Shown here in pieces: positions 17,452 through 19,123 of a stretch of 19,123 bases of DNA (the stretch's first letter is position 1; each line of letters starts with the position of its first letter). A program made the translations under genes and the position numbers. Source of the stretch: Candidatus Heimdallarchaeota archaeon (GTDB taxonomy: Archaea > Asgardarchaeota > Heimdallarchaeia > Heimdallarchaeales > Heimdallarchaeaceae); contig JAAFKJ010000093.1 in the NCBI GenBank assembly GCA_021399395.1, forward strand, positions 1 to 19,123, read 5' to 3'. The notes under the pieces were generated by a model. The model had not been told where the DNA came from and ran no database searches. It saw only the letters and a program-made list of their open reading frames with translations.

Positions 17452-17689
17452 TTGTCTTGTATTCCTCTCTTAGTTCTCTGTAAACTTCTTTTGCTTCTTT
17501 CCCTAATATTCCTTGCAAATCTTCAAGAGTTTTTTTTGGAATAACTGTAGAGGTTCTTGATAAGAGATGTTCAATTACTTCATCATAAGTTAATGAACGT
17601 CCAACTTCCTTCTCTAGTCTGTTTTTTTCGAGAAAAAGTGCTTTCTTTGTTTCCTCTTTTATTTGAATTGTTGTAGCCACTATAATCAC
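17441..17689 (-). CDS. VapB-like antitoxin (RHH-type); start may be the GTG at 17680
   Basis: TTIQIKEETKKAL...TYDEVIEHLL N-terminal DNA-binding pattern and L..L.GIL.....E....LR C-terminal segment; directly upstream of the PIN gene. Confidence 0.78.
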   Translation of the reverse strand: MIIVATTIQIKEETKKALFLEKNRLEKEVGRSLTYDEVIEHLLSRTSTVIPKKTLEDLQGILGKEAKEVYRELREEYKTNEK

Positions 17690-17721
17690 TATAATTACTA
17701 TAGCGACAGACTATATATAGT
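17678..17721 (-). promoter_or_regulatory. Promoter/operator of the TA operon: three 9-bp tandem repeats plus a 12-bp palindrome containing the TATA box
   Basis: CACTATAAT (17678), CACTATAAT (17687), TACTATAGC (17696) and the perfect palindrome ACTATATATAGT (17710-17721). Confidence 0.6.
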
Positions 17722-17862
17722 TTTCATTATTTTAATTTCACAAAGCCATTATGGATAAAATTTGTCATGTAGTCATATTAAACTTATCAAGAATCAACTT
17801 AAAACTGTGCTGAAAGTAAGATATTACGGGAGCTTTTAAAGGAAAAAATACGGAGAAGAGTG

Positions 17863-19123
17863 ATGAGTAAAGTACTGAGAGTAGAGTGTATAGAACTTTC
17901 CTTCCATCCTACTCTGAGCAAACTTTGTCATCAAACCAAGAATCTCTATAATCGAGCAAATTTTCTGGTGAAACAATCTCTTAACCGCTACACCAACTTC
18001 CTCAACTATTACGAGCTCAATACCCTTCTTAACCAGGAAGAGTGTTACCGAGTACTTCCTGCTCATACAGCTCAACACACCCTCAAACTTCTAGTTAGGA
18101 ATTGGAAAGCGTATTTTATGGCAAAGAAGGAGTGGAAGAGCCATCCTGAGAAATTCTTCGCTCAACCTAAACCACCGAAATATAAACCTAAGGGTGGGGA
18201 GAGTGTAGCGATGATTACCAACCAACAAGCAAGGATAAGGAATGGATGGCTAATCTTACCCAAGAAAGTGGGGTTTTACTATAAAACACGCCTGACAGCT
18301 AGCACTAAACTGAAAGAAGTGAGGATCATCCCAAGAAAGGTGGGATACACTCTCGAGCTAGTCTATGAGAAATACCTCCCCAAACAGAGGAAGAAGCACA
18401 CAAGGAAAGGCGCTATCGATTTAGGGGCCATCAACCTCGTGACCTTCGTGGATAACCTCGGCAATCAACCGATTGTTATCAAGGATCACGGAAAAGGGAT
18501 AAAATCAATAATCCAATATTATATGAAACTCCAGACAAAACTACGAGCACAATATGTCCAGCAACAGAAGAAGCAGTTAAAACAACAGCACAAACTAGTT
18601 TATGGTCAAGCCTATTATAGGCTGAAAGAAAAGTATCGCAGAAAACTCAAGAATGCTCTCCACTATCTCACCAAATATCTGGTGGATTTATGGGTAGAAC
18701 GCGGTCTACACGAAGTTGTTATTGGTTACAATCCTCAATGGAAACAGCAGGTGAATCTGGGGAAGAAGAACACCCAGATGTTCGTTACCATCCCCTTCTT
18801 GAAAATTATCAATCAGCTGAAGTATAAAGGAGCTGAACAAGGAATAAAAGTAGAGACTATACCTGAAAACTACACTTCAAAAAGCAGTTTTCTCGACAAC
18901 GAATATCCCCTAAAAAGAACTAGTTATGCAGGTAAACGTTCCTCTCGAGGACTGTTCACTTCTGCACTAGGACATAAGATCAACGCTGATGTTAACGCTG
19001 CGTATAATATTCTAATCAAAAGCGATCCGAAAGCTTTACCTAAGTGTAAAGCGAACGGGGTAGGAGGGTATGTGATGTACCCACATAGAGTGTGTGTAGA
19101 CCCACCAGGAATGACACATACAT
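17863..19123 (+). CDS. tnpB: TnpB-family RNA-guided endonuclease (IS200/IS605-type OrfB), 420 codons visible, 3' end beyond window
   Basis: Manual translation with no stop: MSKVLRVE..LCHQTKNLYNRAN..AQHTLKLL..NWKAYF..PKPPKYK..AIDLG(D186)..VVIGYN..WKQ..IPF..LKYK..PENYTSKSSFLD(E335)..GKR..RGLF..INADVNAAYNI(D376). TTTTAAA lies about 23 nt upstream. Absent from the ORF track because it lacks a stop. Confidence 0.93.
   Translation, partial: MSKVLRVECIELSFHPTLSKLCHQTKNLYNRANFLVKQSLNRYTNFLNYYELNTLLNQEECYRVLPAHTAQHTLKLLVRNWKAYFMAKKEWKSHPEKFFAQPKPPKYKPKGGESVAMITNQQARIRNGWLILPKKVGFYYKTRLTASTKLKEVRIIPRKVGYTLELVYEKYLPKQRKKHTRKGAIDLGAINLVTFVDNLGNQPIVIKDHGKGIKSIIQYYMKLQTKLRAQYVQQQKKQLKQQHKLVYGQAYYRLKEKYRRKLKNALHYLTKYLVDLWVERGLHEVVIGYNPQWKQQVNLGKKNTQMFVTIPFLKIINQLKYKGAEQGIKVETIPENYTSKSSFLDNEYPLKRTSYAGKRSSRGLFTSALGHKINADVNAAYNILIKSDPKALPKCKANGVGGYVMYPHRVCVDPPGMTHT
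17863..19123 (+). mobile_element. Probable tnpB-only (IS1341-like) element; ends not resolved
   Basis: No tnpA ORF in the ~170 nt upstream. The region is visibly richer in G/C than the flanking genes, and the window ends inside it. Confidence 0.6.

Noticed and set aside
3988-17689. Defence island (MTase + TA + TnpB)
   Set aside because: The MTase and TA pair are about 12 kb apart and separated by metabolic genes; there is no integrase or other defence gene.
17722-17862. IS200/IS605 left-end hairpin and TAM
   Set aside because: Only trivial palindromes (e.g. CCATTATGG) are present; the boundary cannot be placed without other copies or an empty site.
17836-18078. 80-aa minus-strand ORF in the track
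   Set aside because: It is antisense to the 5' end of the clearly conserved tnpB and has no HUH/Y1 transposase motifs, so it is a shadow ORF and not tnpA.

Overview
AT-rich, gene-dense window with archaeal signatures: BRE/TATA-like boxes about 20-30 nt before several starts, T-tract ends and (G)TGA(T)-type ribosome-binding remnants. The gene content (NosD/TSP3-repeat surface protein, zinc-ribbon protein, SRD5A-like reductase) suggests an Asgard/Heimdallarchaeia-like host, but this is inference because no marker gene is present. In order it holds a partial divergent secreted-protein gene at the left edge (not in the ORF track), a beta-helix + Ca-binding-repeat surface protein, a zinc-ribbon protein with a Cys-rich tail, a conserved hypothetical, a steroid 5-alpha-reductase homolog, an orphan SPPY amino-methyltransferase, a lipoate ligase, three unknown proteins, copA-copZ, a nitrilase, a second HMA protein, a GH2 hydrolase, an MFS transporter and a VapBC-like pair. 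The window ends in a tnpB-like ORF (17863 to the edge, not in the ORF track) with a rearranged RuvC site and no zinc-finger cysteines. The most notable observations are this TnpB, a 40-aa leader ORF with a long hairpin and a ~7-bp periodic array upstream of the MFS gene, the CYSTM-like zinc-ribbon protein and the SRD5A homolog.
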